This document shows, one piece after another, positions 24,408-32,867 of a stretch of DNA of 36,437 nt. The stretch is from Myxococcota bacterium. GTDB taxonomy: Bacteria; Myxococcota; UBA4151. Location: positions 1 to 36,437 of the forward strand of contig JAYZBQ010000047.1 of assembly GCA_036338695.1 (NCBI GenBank), written 5' to 3'. Under the pieces are notes generated by a model. That model did not search any database. It was given only the letters and a program-made list of their open reading frames with translations, and was not told the origin of the DNA. Both the position numbers and the translations under genes were made by a program. Position 1 is the stretch's first letter. Each line of letters starts with the position of its first letter.

Positions 24408-26351
24408 ATGCCCAAACCGACCGTCTTTGGACGCTACCTCTTGCTCGACCGTATCGCCTATGGCGGCATGGCGGAGGTCTTCCGCGGAAAGCAGTTTGGC
24501 GAAGAGGGCTTTGACCGGATCATTGCGATCAAGCGAGTCCTGCCAGCGGTCGCTGACAACGACCAGTTTCTGGCGATGTTTCGTGATGAGGCGAACATCA
24601 CGCGCACGCTTCAGCACGGGAACATCGCCCAGGTCTACGACTTCGGGAAACTCGATGGACGCTACTATCTGGCGATGGAGTATGTCTCGGGGCTGGACCT
24701 AAAGGCTTACTTCACCGCCTGCGAGAAGGCCGGCAAACCCATGGACCCGGCCATCGCAGCGCTGATCGTACGCGAAGTGGCTCTAGGGCTAGGGTATGCG
24801 CACCGAGCGACCGACAGCGCCGGCAGCAGCCTCGGCTTGATCCACCGCGACGTCAGCCCTCAGAACATCCTGCTGAGCTGGCAAGGCGAGGTCAAACTCG
24901 TCGACTTTGGGATCGCCAAAGCGCGCCAAAAGACGCAGCGAACCGACGCCGGCGTGCTCAAGGGGAAGTTCGGCTACATGAGCCCGGAGCAGGTGCGAGG
25001 GCTTCCGCTCTCGAATCGATCGGATCTGTTTAGCCTGGGCACCGTCTTTTGGGAGCTGCTCACCGGTCATCGGGCCTTTGATCGAGAGACCGACTACGAG
25101 ACCATGGACGCGGTCCGGGCGGTCGACCTGCCACCGTTTGAACAGGCGGCGCAGGCGATCCCGAAGGCGCTCCAAGACATCTGCCTCAAGGCGCTCAGCA
25201 AAGACGAGGAGGAGCGCTACGCTCGCGCCGAACACATGGCGCGTGACATCACCCGCTGGCTGAGCGCTCAAGACGAGCAGACGAGCCAGCTCGAGCTGTC
25301 GACTGCCCTCACCGAGACTTTTGCGAGCCAGCACCAAGCGGAGCGTAAGCTGCTCGCAAGCTATGAGCGCTATGGCGCTTCGATGGTTGAGACACAGATC
25401 CGGTCGGCGGGCGCCGAGCGCGAGACCCCGGCTGTTCAAGTCGGCGTGAGCCAGAACCGGCAGCATGTCCCAGCCCAGCGCGCAGCCACCCCGGCGCCGA
25501 CCGCTCCGCTCACCCCGACGCCGTCTGGGGTGCGCATGCACGAGCCCGCGCCGACGCTTGCGCCACCGAATGCGTCGCGCGGACCGGCGGTCATCGCCAC
25601 GCTCGCGGCGATCTTGACCGTCGCTATCGGCTGGCAGGCGTGGATGTGGTGGAGCACGCGCCCAGGGAGCCTGCAGATCTCAGCGATGCCTGCGAAGGTG
25701 AAGGTCTTTGTCAATTCGGAGCTCATGGGCGAGACGAAACCCGCGCCCGACGGACGCGGCTCGCTCCTCATTGGGGAGATCCCGTATGGCGAGGTCACGG
25801 TGCTGCTCGAAGCCGACGGACACAGCAGCCTCACCGAGAAAATCAACATCCGCCCGGCGCAGACCTTCGCCTGGCAGCCTAATCTTCCTCAAGAGGCGCT
25901 CCCAGACGCCCAGATCGAGCTGCGGGTGACCCCTCAAGAAGCGCTGGTGACCTTTGGTGAAGACGAGCACAAGCTAGAGGATGGGCAGGTTGCGCTCATC
26001 CTCGGCGACGGCGACAAAAAAGACCTGTACGTGCGCGCCAACAACTACCGCCCCTATCGACAAACCGTCGGCCCACTCAAGCCAGGGAGCCGCTCAAAGA
26101 TTGACGTGGCGCTGGTGATGGAGCGATGGAATCTTGAGGTCGTACCGGAACCTGCTGATGCGCGCGTCAAGCTCACCAGCACGGGGCTGGCGACCATCGC
26201 CGGTAAAGGCGCTCAGACACTGCGCGGGCTTCAACCCAAAGCCTCGGTTCAGGTCTCGGTCAGCCGCTCCCGCTGCAGACGCTATCGCAGGCGCATCACG
26301 AACCATGGCGCAGGTCAGCAAACGTTGAAGGTCACGCTAAGATGTCGCTAA
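24408..26351 (+). CDS. Hanks-type Ser/Thr protein kinase with TM helix and PEGA-like extracytoplasmic domains
   Basis: IAYGGMAEVF, AIKR, HRDVSPQNILL, DFGIAK, GKFGYMSPEQ, SDLFSLG; TM AVIATLAAILTVAIGW; GSLQISAMPAKVKVFVN. Confidence 0.93.
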   Translation: MPKPTVFGRYLLLDRIAYGGMAEVFRGKQFGEEGFDRIIAIKRVLPAVADNDQFLAMFRDEANITRTLQHGNIAQVYDFGKLDGRYYLAMEYVSGLDLKAYFTACEKAGKPMDPAIAALIVREVALGLGYAHRATDSAGSSLGLIHRDVSPQNILLSWQGEVKLVDFGIAKARQKTQRTDAGVLKGKFGYMSPEQVRGLPLSNRSDLFSLGTVFWELLTGHRAFDRETDYETMDAVRAVDLPPFEQAAQAIPKALQDICLKALSKDEEERYARAEHMARDITRWLSAQDEQTSQLELSTALTETFASQHQAERKLLASYERYGASMVETQIRSAGAERETPAVQVGVSQNRQHVPAQRAATPAPTAPLTPTPSGVRMHEPAPTLAPPNASRGPAVIATLAAILTVAIGWQAWMWWSTRPGSLQISAMPAKVKVFVNSELMGETKPAPDGRGSLLIGEIPYGEVTVLLEADGHSSLTEKINIRPAQTFAWQPNLPQEALPDAQIELRVTPQEALVTFGEDEHKLEDGQVALILGDGDKKDLYVRANNYRPYRQTVGPLKPGSRSKIDVALVMERWNLEVVPEPADARVKLTSTGLATIAGKGAQTLRGLQPKASVQVSVSRSRCRRYRRRITNHGAGQQTLKVTLRCR

Positions 26352-27874
26352 ACCGAACGCTCGTTGCGCTGATCGCTTCGGTGATGGCCACAGGCTGCGC
26401 GAGCCCTCTGCTCCCGCCGGTGCATGCGGGCTGGTACGCGCAAGGCCCGGAGTCGCAGGTGGTGCTAGAGCGCCGCATTGCGCTCAAGCTGCTCGATCAA
26501 GGCGCCGCCGTGAAGGTCCGCTACACCGAGTCACGGCTGATCCGGCAGGCGACTCAGATCACCCTGCGTGTGCCGACAGGTCCCGGGCATCAGGTCCAAG
26601 CCATCGAGGCCGACTGGCGCACCCTAAACGGAGATCCCGTTCGGCTCGACCGCAACCATTTTGCGCCGGTCGACCGGTCGGACCGACCGCTGCCGGGCTC
26701 GGCGACGCCTGCGTACTTAGCGCATCGGCTGAGCGTTCCAGCGGGCGTCTTGCTGCGCTGGACCTGGGTCAGCGTGCAGCGCCCACCGACGGAGCTGCCC
26801 GAGCTGGATCTCTCGGGGGCTTACCCTGTTGAGAAGGCGGAGCTGCGCATCACGGGGCGCGGCGCGGCAGGGCTTGAGATCAAGGTGCAAGAGCTGGCAC
26901 CCGCCATCATCGCAACCGATGAGATGCAGGTGGCGACCTGGACAAAACTTCAGCCTTCGGCCGCGCACCCATACGCGCCCGGATTGCTCGGAAAACGCCG
27001 AGCGTATGTGGCCTGGAAGGCGTCGCCTCATCCCCACCTCATCGAGCGCCTGGTGGCGACACCTGCCCCGGATTACCAACTCAAGACCTTACCGATGAGC
27101 CAAGCCCGCCCGAGCTCGACCCCTTGTCTGCTGCGACCATGGGGAGCGGATACGCTCCGGGCCGACCAGGTCGTCTTGAGCACGGTCACCCAACGCCCCG
27201 AAGGGGGGTACGACCTGCACCTGCCCGACGCCTATCGGCGCCCTTTCCGTGACTGCACCTTGATTCAACCCGGTCCGCTCGCTCAGGTCCCCGTCACGCA
27301 CGATTCAGGCACGCGCCTGCTCCGGATCCGAACGGGCGTCACGACCCAAGGCGTCGTCGAGGGGCGCGGTCAGATGATCTTCTCTGGCGCCGGGGCGCGG
27401 CTGGCTCGACAAGGCGCTCTCGATATGACCGCCGAGCTGCTCGAGGCGTTGCAGCCCTTACGTCAACATCTCCAGATCGGCGCCGCTCAGCTCAGCGGGG
27501 CTGGTCCGGTGCACCTACCCTTTACGCTCCGGATGCGCGTCAGCGAGCTCAACCCGTCCCGATGGCTCGGGACACCCTACCCCAAGCTCAACTATCTCAA
27601 CGCGACCGAGGTCTTCGGCCCCCGCATCGAGCAGCGCCGCATCGAGTGGGTGTTTGACTGGCCTCAATCGGTTCGCTTGCCACCGCCGACGCGTGTCGAG
27701 AGCATCAGCGTCGGTCCGCTTCAAGGCTCTGTGACGTGGAGTTTAGGGCCCCAACGAACGCTGCGCTTCGTCCACTCCATGACCTGGCGCAAGCAGCCCA
27801 TGCAGGTGGACCCAAACCGACTCCGAGCGAGTGTTCAACAGCTCACCGTACCTGGCTTACCGCTCCCCAAATAA
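26342..27874 (+). CDS. Hypothetical lipoprotein, DUF3857-like
   Basis: Lipobox ATGC; beta-rich N-terminal region ending LSGAYPVEKAELRITG...PYAPG; overlaps the kinase stop by 10 nt. Domain call is tentative. Confidence 0.65.
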   Translation: MSLNRTLVALIASVMATGCASPLLPPVHAGWYAQGPESQVVLERRIALKLLDQGAAVKVRYTESRLIRQATQITLRVPTGPGHQVQAIEADWRTLNGDPVRLDRNHFAPVDRSDRPLPGSATPAYLAHRLSVPAGVLLRWTWVSVQRPPTELPELDLSGAYPVEKAELRITGRGAAGLEIKVQELAPAIIATDEMQVATWTKLQPSAAHPYAPGLLGKRRAYVAWKASPHPHLIERLVATPAPDYQLKTLPMSQARPSSTPCLLRPWGADTLRADQVVLSTVTQRPEGGYDLHLPDAYRRPFRDCTLIQPGPLAQVPVTHDSGTRLLRIRTGVTTQGVVEGRGQMIFSGAGARLARQGALDMTAELLEALQPLRQHLQIGAAQLSGAGPVHLPFTLRMRVSELNPSRWLGTPYPKLNYLNATEVFGPRIEQRRIEWVFDWPQSVRLPPPTRVESISVGPLQGSVTWSLGPQRTLRFVHSMTWRKQPMQVDPNRLRASVQQLTVPGLPLPK

Positions 27875-27897
27875 GAGGCGCCGCCTCACGAGACGAT

Positions 27898-28761
27898 ATG
27901 ATCATTTTAGATGGTAAATCTTTAGGCATCAAACGGCGCGCAGCGCTCGCCGATTGGGTCGCAACGTACCTCGAGCGAGCGGGGCGACCGCCGGGCTTGA
28001 CGGTCCTGCTAGCAGGCGATGATGCGGCTAGCGCCACCTATGTTCGCAGCAAAGAGAAGGCGTCGGCTAAGGCGGGGATTCGTGGTGAGATCGTCCGCCT
28101 GCCAAGCTCGGTGAGTGAGAATGAGCTCTTGGCGCGCATCGAGGCGCTCAACGTCGACCCGGAGGTGGACGGCATCCTCGTGCAGCTACCCCTTCCGGAG
28201 GGTTTGGACGAGGACGTCGTCCTCGATGCCATCGCGCCGAGTAAAGATGTCGACGGCTTCCACCCGAGCAACAGCGGCGCGCTCTGGCAACAGCGCGGCG
28301 AGGTCGCCCCGTGCACGCCCCTCGGCGTGATCCACCTGCTCGACGACTACGGGATCGATGTACAAGGGAAGAACGCCCTCGTGATCGGTCGCTCGAACAT
28401 CGTCGGTCGGCCGATGGCGGAGCTGCTCTTGCAGCGCAACGCCACGGTCACCATCGCGCACAGCCGCACCGCGGACCTTGAGCGGCTGATCGGCGATGCC
28501 GACATCGTGGTCGCAGCGATCGGGCGACCGGGTTTCGTTAAGGCAAAGACGCTCAAGCCGGGGGCCGTGTGCATCGACGTCGGCATCAACCGCACACCCG
28601 AGGGGCTGGTCGGCGATTTTGAGTGGGACGGTCTCGATCAGATCGCCTCTGCGGCGACCCCCGTGCCTGGTGGTGTGGGGCCCATGACGATTGCGACGCT
28701 CTTGCACAACGCAGTCTGTGCTTGGGCGCGTCATACCGACCTGCCCGAGACACCGAGCTAG
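27898..28761 (+). CDS. folD: Bifunctional methylenetetrahydrofolate dehydrogenase/cyclohydrolase
   Basis: ILDGK, SATYVRSK, GILVQLPLP, KDVDGFHP, PCTPLG, GRSNIVGRP, TPVPGGVGPMT. ATG at 27898. Confidence 0.97.
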   Translation: MIILDGKSLGIKRRAALADWVATYLERAGRPPGLTVLLAGDDAASATYVRSKEKASAKAGIRGEIVRLPSSVSENELLARIEALNVDPEVDGILVQLPLPEGLDEDVVLDAIAPSKDVDGFHPSNSGALWQQRGEVAPCTPLGVIHLLDDYGIDVQGKNALVIGRSNIVGRPMAELLLQRNATVTIAHSRTADLERLIGDADIVVAAIGRPGFVKAKTLKPGAVCIDVGINRTPEGLVGDFEWDGLDQIASAATPVPGGVGPMTIATLLHNAVCAWARHTDLPETPS

Positions 28762-28771
28762 CCGAACCGCC

Positions 28772-29770
28772 ATGGCTCACGCAGTCTGGGTGCGCCCCTT
28801 AGCGCTTCTGCTGCTCCTGCCGCTGTCTCTGCGGCTCCTAGGGACCTACGCGATCTTGAGCGGCCCATGGAGCTTGATCGTCGGTGTCGTGAGCCCGTTT
28901 CTGAGCCTGCTCGCGGTCACGGTAGCCGCCGCGATGATCTGGAAGGACCGGCTACGGCTTGTTTTTGGCACGCTCCTAGTGCTCAACCTCGGCTTAGCGG
29001 TCGAGGACCTGCGATGGGCGCTCGATCATCCGGAGCCTGCGCTCCCCGTGATGACCTGGAACGTCGCCTTGGGGTACTCGAACCAGCACCGATGCGTTCA
29101 AAAGGTGATCGCCGAGCATGAACCCAAGGTGATTGCGCTTCAGGAGATCCGCCAGGGCGGTCTCGAGAGCGCAGCGCGCGCCCTCGATATGCGCTGCACC
29201 TGGGCGGGGTACTTTCCCAAAATGGGAAGCAACGGCTTAGGGCTCTGCGTCCCCAAGGGTTGGTCGATCCGGCTGGCTCAGCAGCGCCAGTTTACAAGCC
29301 ACAATCAGTACGCCTATCTGTTCGCCGAGATACGACCGGCGCAGGGCGCTCCCTTCAACATCATGAACGTCCACCTCCAAAGCCCTGAGCTCAGCCGCCA
29401 GCAGCGCAGCGCCGCCACAGGTCCGAGCATCCTCGGTCACACCACTGCGCGTCAGATCTGGCAGCTCTTTGAGGTGCTGCGGGTAGCGCAAGCGCTCGAT
29501 GACCCCTTGCTGATCGCCGGAGATTTTAATTCGACCCCGAACACCTGGGTGCATGGTCAAATGCGCGCGCGCTTTTCCGACGCGCACCGCGCCCGCGGTC
29601 GCGGGCTCGGCATCACCCGCTGGGTCGCCGATTGGTTACCCGTTCGCATCGACTATCTCTACGCCTCAAGCGAGCTCAACTGGGCGCGCACGACGCGTGC
29701 CCTCGACGCCAGAGGTTGCTCGGACCACCAACCGGTCATGGGGTGGTTGACGCTTCCAAAAGGGACCTGA
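28772..29770 (+). CDS. Endonuclease/exonuclease/phosphatase (EEP) family protein with N-terminal TM helices
   Basis: VMTWNV, IALQE, NVHL, IAGDFNS, RIDYLY, SDHQPV; three hydrophobic N-terminal segments. Confidence 0.9.
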   Translation: MAHAVWVRPLALLLLLPLSLRLLGTYAILSGPWSLIVGVVSPFLSLLAVTVAAAMIWKDRLRLVFGTLLVLNLGLAVEDLRWALDHPEPALPVMTWNVALGYSNQHRCVQKVIAEHEPKVIALQEIRQGGLESAARALDMRCTWAGYFPKMGSNGLGLCVPKGWSIRLAQQRQFTSHNQYAYLFAEIRPAQGAPFNIMNVHLQSPELSRQQRSAATGPSILGHTTARQIWQLFEVLRVAQALDDPLLIAGDFNSTPNTWVHGQMRARFSDAHRARGRGLGITRWVADWLPVRIDYLYASSELNWARTTRALDARGCSDHQPVMGWLTLPKGT

Positions 29771-30464
29771 TCTCGTCGCTCAGCGACTCGTGGTCCGATA
29801 GGCTCAACGACAGGGTACGGTACAGCGCCTCGAGGGGGCCGAGGACCTCAAGATGCGCCTCGATGGTAGCGCGATCACCTCGGACAGCGGGACCTGTCAG
29901 CCCGCCGCCTGACAGCACCTGATCGATGGCGGACTCACTGAGCTGCTGCGCGGCGCGGCGCGCCTGCTCTGGCGAGAGCCCTGCGTCCCTCAACAACCCG
30001 TAACCATGCGCTGCCACCGACGCAGTTAAACCGGCGGCGAAGCAGCACGCAGCGTGCACCCGAACAGCCTGTGCCTCCTCGACCCGAACCGGCACACCAC
30101 CCCAGCGAGTCGTCTCAAGCTCAAGCCAGGTGACGAGCGACGCATCGCCGCGCAACCCCACGACCGCACCACCGAGGCTCTGCAGGGCCGATGCTCCACG
30201 CGGCATGGCGCGCATCGGGTGCCAGACTGCGCTCGCCCCTTCGCCAAGCGAGGCGAGCGCGCTGGCGCCGCTGCAGTGAACAAGAGCCCAGTCGCCTTGC
30301 GCGCGCAGTTGCTCAGCGAGCGCTGCGATCGCTCGGTCCGGAACAGCCAGAAAGACGACCTGATCGGTGGCGGCGGGGAGCTCCCCGTGGGTCAGCGGCG
30401 CAACGCCCAAACGCGCCGATAAGAACTGACCGACCGCTCCTTGACCGATTACGGCTGCGCGCAT
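29736..30464 (-). CDS. Rossmann-like + DUF2520 domain oxidoreductase (PanG-like family)
   Basis: AVIGQGAVG, FLAVPDRAI, VHCSGA, WHPM, HAACCFA, LTGPAVRGD. Confidence 0.85.
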   Translation of the reverse strand: MRAAVIGQGAVGQFLSARLGVAPLTHGELPAATDQVVFLAVPDRAIAALAEQLRAQGDWALVHCSGASALASLGEGASAVWHPMRAMPRGASALQSLGGAVVGLRGDASLVTWLELETTRWGGVPVRVEEAQAVRVHAACCFAAGLTASVAAHGYGLLRDAGLSPEQARRAAQQLSESAIDQVLSGGGLTGPAVRGDRATIEAHLEVLGPLEALYRTLSLSLSDHESLSDEIRSLLEASTTP

Positions 30465-32791
30465 TGAACGCTCAGACCCCGCTCACCCATCATCAACACG
30501 GCGCGGTCACCGCCTTGGAGCTCACCGCGCAACACCGACTGGGCGAGCACCCCCTCGACCTCACGCTGGATCAGGCGGCGCATTGGGCGCGCACCATCTT
30601 GAGGGGAGAAGCCCTCATCGACCAACCACTCCACGACGTCGGCCTGGGGCTCTACGACGATCTGCCGCTCCACCTGCAGACGATTTAGCGACGATGCGAG
30701 CAGCCGCTCGGCGATCAGTATCGCCTCACTGCGCGTCAGCATCGGGAAGGCGAGCACCTCATCGATGCGACCGAACAGCTCAGGGGGCATGGCGGCGCGC
30801 GCGGCGTCGATCAAGGCACCGCTCTGAACCGCTTGCTGCGGTTCTGAGGCGCCCCCAAAACCGATCCGGCGCTCAGTCGAGCGCACGGCACCGAGGTTGG
30901 ACGTCAAAATCACCAGGCAATGCCGGAAGCTGACTCGTATCCCGCGCCCGTCGCTGACAAAGCCCTCATCGAGGAGTGAGAGCAGCACTTGATGAACGTC
31001 TGGATGCGCCTTCTCGATCTCATCGAACAACAGCACGCGATAGGGCTTACGGCGAACCGCCTCGGTCAGCTGACCACCGTCCTCATGCCCGACGTAACCG
31101 GGAGGTGCGCCGATGAGCCGAGCCACGGCGTGGCTCTCGGTGAACTCGCCCATATCAAAGCGCAGCAGGTCATCGCTGCTCCCGAACAAGACCTCACTCA
31201 AGGCGCGCGCCACCTCGGTTTTGCCAACCCCCGTCGGACCGAGAAGTAAGAACGATCCAATCGGGCGGCGCCCGCCGAAGCCGGCCTGGTTACGTCGCAG
31301 AGTCTGACTGATCTGAGCGATGGCGTGCTCTCGCCCGACGACGCGCTCAGCGAGGAGGCTCTCCAAGTTCAAGAGCCGCTCCTCGTCGCCTCCGTCGATC
31401 CGTTCAACGGGCATGCGCGCCGACTCAGCGACCACCTCGGCGACGGCGCGCGGTGTCACCACCGCTTGACCGGTCCGTACGCTACGCGACGCAGCCAAAT
31501 CGAGCACGTCAAAAGCCTTCGCAGGGAGCGCACCTTCGGTCATGTAGCGATGGCTGAGGCGCACCGCAGCGCGCACGCTCGACGCCTCAAACGAGCACCC
31601 GTGGTGGGTCTCATACGCCGACAGGCTGCCTTGGATCATCGCCTGCGCCTCCTCGGGCTCCGGCTCATGCAGATAAATCGGGGTAAAACGGCGCGCCAAC
31701 GCTGGGTCTTTGGCGATGTGCCGCTGATACTCTTCCTCGGTTGTTGCGCCAATGCATGGCAGCTCGCCGCGCGCCAGAGCGCTCTTGAGCTCGTCGGCGG
31801 CGCCGTGGCTCCCGCCACCTTCTGCGCCGCTTCCAAAGAGGGTGTGAAGCTCGTCGATGAACAGCACGGTGTCGCTGCCTGCGACCTCACGCCGCACGCC
31901 GGCGAGGCGCTCGGACAAGGAGCCGCGTAGCGCCGTACCCGCCATCAAGGCGCCTACCTCAAGCGAGAGCAAGCGCTTATCGTTCAGGGCGCCAGCTTCC
32001 CCCTCTATGATCGCAGCAGCCAAACCCTCGACCAGCGCCGTCTTACCGACGCCCGACGGTCCAATGATGATGGGGTTGTTGGCCTGCCGCTTACCCAGCA
32101 CATCGAGCGCCTTCGCCAGCTCAAGCTGACGGCCAATCAATGGGCTCAAGGCGCCGCCGCGCGCCTGGGCGGTCAGGTCGACGCACAGACTATCGAGCGT
32201 CGGAGTTGTCGAGACGGAGAAATGAGGCAGGAGCGTCGCCGGCTCCTGAGGGTCGACTGCGACCGGCGAGATCGTCGCCGTTCCCACGCTCTCGGGCGCT
32301 CGACTGCCGGGCTCAGGCGCTCGGCTGTTGAACGCCTTGGTGCGTACGCTTGCGTCCTGATGGACGCTCACGTCGCGGCGGTGCTTTGCCAGCAGTTTGT
32401 GACAGCGTGCGCGCAGCTTGCGCAGCTCGATCTGCCGCTCCTGAACCGCCCGTTCCAGCGCGATCCGAGCGCGCCCTTCCGTATCGGCGATCAAGGCGAG
32501 CAACAGATGATACGAGTTGGTCCAGGGGTCACCGAGCCGCTCCGACTCGGCGACTGCGGCGAGGCGAAGCTTTTGAGCGGTGCCGCTGGGTTCGATCCAC
32601 GACTTCGGGAAGACGTCGAGGAGCAGGTCCTCCTCGATCCCGTGTGCGCGCAAAAAGTCGCCGGTTGGGTTGGGCGTCGTGTAGAGCGCCATCAACAAAT
32701 AGAAGCTCTGCGGCTCCGAGCGCTTACCCACCTCAGCGCAGAGGCGGGCGGCTTCTTGATACACACTGGTCAGCGTACTGGACTCGGGCAC
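30449..32791 (-). CDS. ClpA-like ATP-dependent Clp protease ATP-binding subunit (two AAA+ modules, no middle domain, IGF loop)
   Basis: Walker A GPSGVGKT and GPTGVGKT, Walker B LFIDELH and LLFDEIEK, GAPPGYVG, RRIGFGG. GTG 32791 has GGGGAG 8 nt upstream, preferred over 32842. Confidence 0.9.
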   Translation of the reverse strand: MPESSTLTSVYQEAARLCAEVGKRSEPQSFYLLMALYTTPNPTGDFLRAHGIEEDLLLDVFPKSWIEPSGTAQKLRLAAVAESERLGDPWTNSYHLLLALIADTEGRARIALERAVQERQIELRKLRARCHKLLAKHRRDVSVHQDASVRTKAFNSRAPEPGSRAPESVGTATISPVAVDPQEPATLLPHFSVSTTPTLDSLCVDLTAQARGGALSPLIGRQLELAKALDVLGKRQANNPIIIGPSGVGKTALVEGLAAAIIEGEAGALNDKRLLSLEVGALMAGTALRGSLSERLAGVRREVAGSDTVLFIDELHTLFGSGAEGGGSHGAADELKSALARGELPCIGATTEEEYQRHIAKDPALARRFTPIYLHEPEPEEAQAMIQGSLSAYETHHGCSFEASSVRAAVRLSHRYMTEGALPAKAFDVLDLAASRSVRTGQAVVTPRAVAEVVAESARMPVERIDGGDEERLLNLESLLAERVVGREHAIAQISQTLRRNQAGFGGRRPIGSFLLLGPTGVGKTEVARALSEVLFGSSDDLLRFDMGEFTESHAVARLIGAPPGYVGHEDGGQLTEAVRRKPYRVLLFDEIEKAHPDVHQVLLSLLDEGFVSDGRGIRVSFRHCLVILTSNLGAVRSTERRIGFGGASEPQQAVQSGALIDAARAAMPPELFGRIDEVLAFPMLTRSEAILIAERLLASSLNRLQVERQIVVEPQADVVEWLVDEGFSPQDGARPMRRLIQREVEGVLAQSVLRGELQGGDRAVLMMGERGLSVQCAQP

Positions 32792-32813
32792 AGGCGAATC
32801 TCCCCAAAAGGAC

Positions 32814-32837
32814 AAAAGAACCCTAAAGGGTTCCTTC
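32814..32837 (-). terminator. Intrinsic terminator-like hairpin after the Cys-rich lipoprotein gene
   Basis: Minus strand reads GAAGGAACCC-TTTA-GGGTTC-TTTT, then GTCCTTTT; about 30 nt after the stop at 32868. Confidence 0.5.
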
Positions 32838-32867
32838 GGCACATCTTGAGGTGGAGATTAGAGCGAC

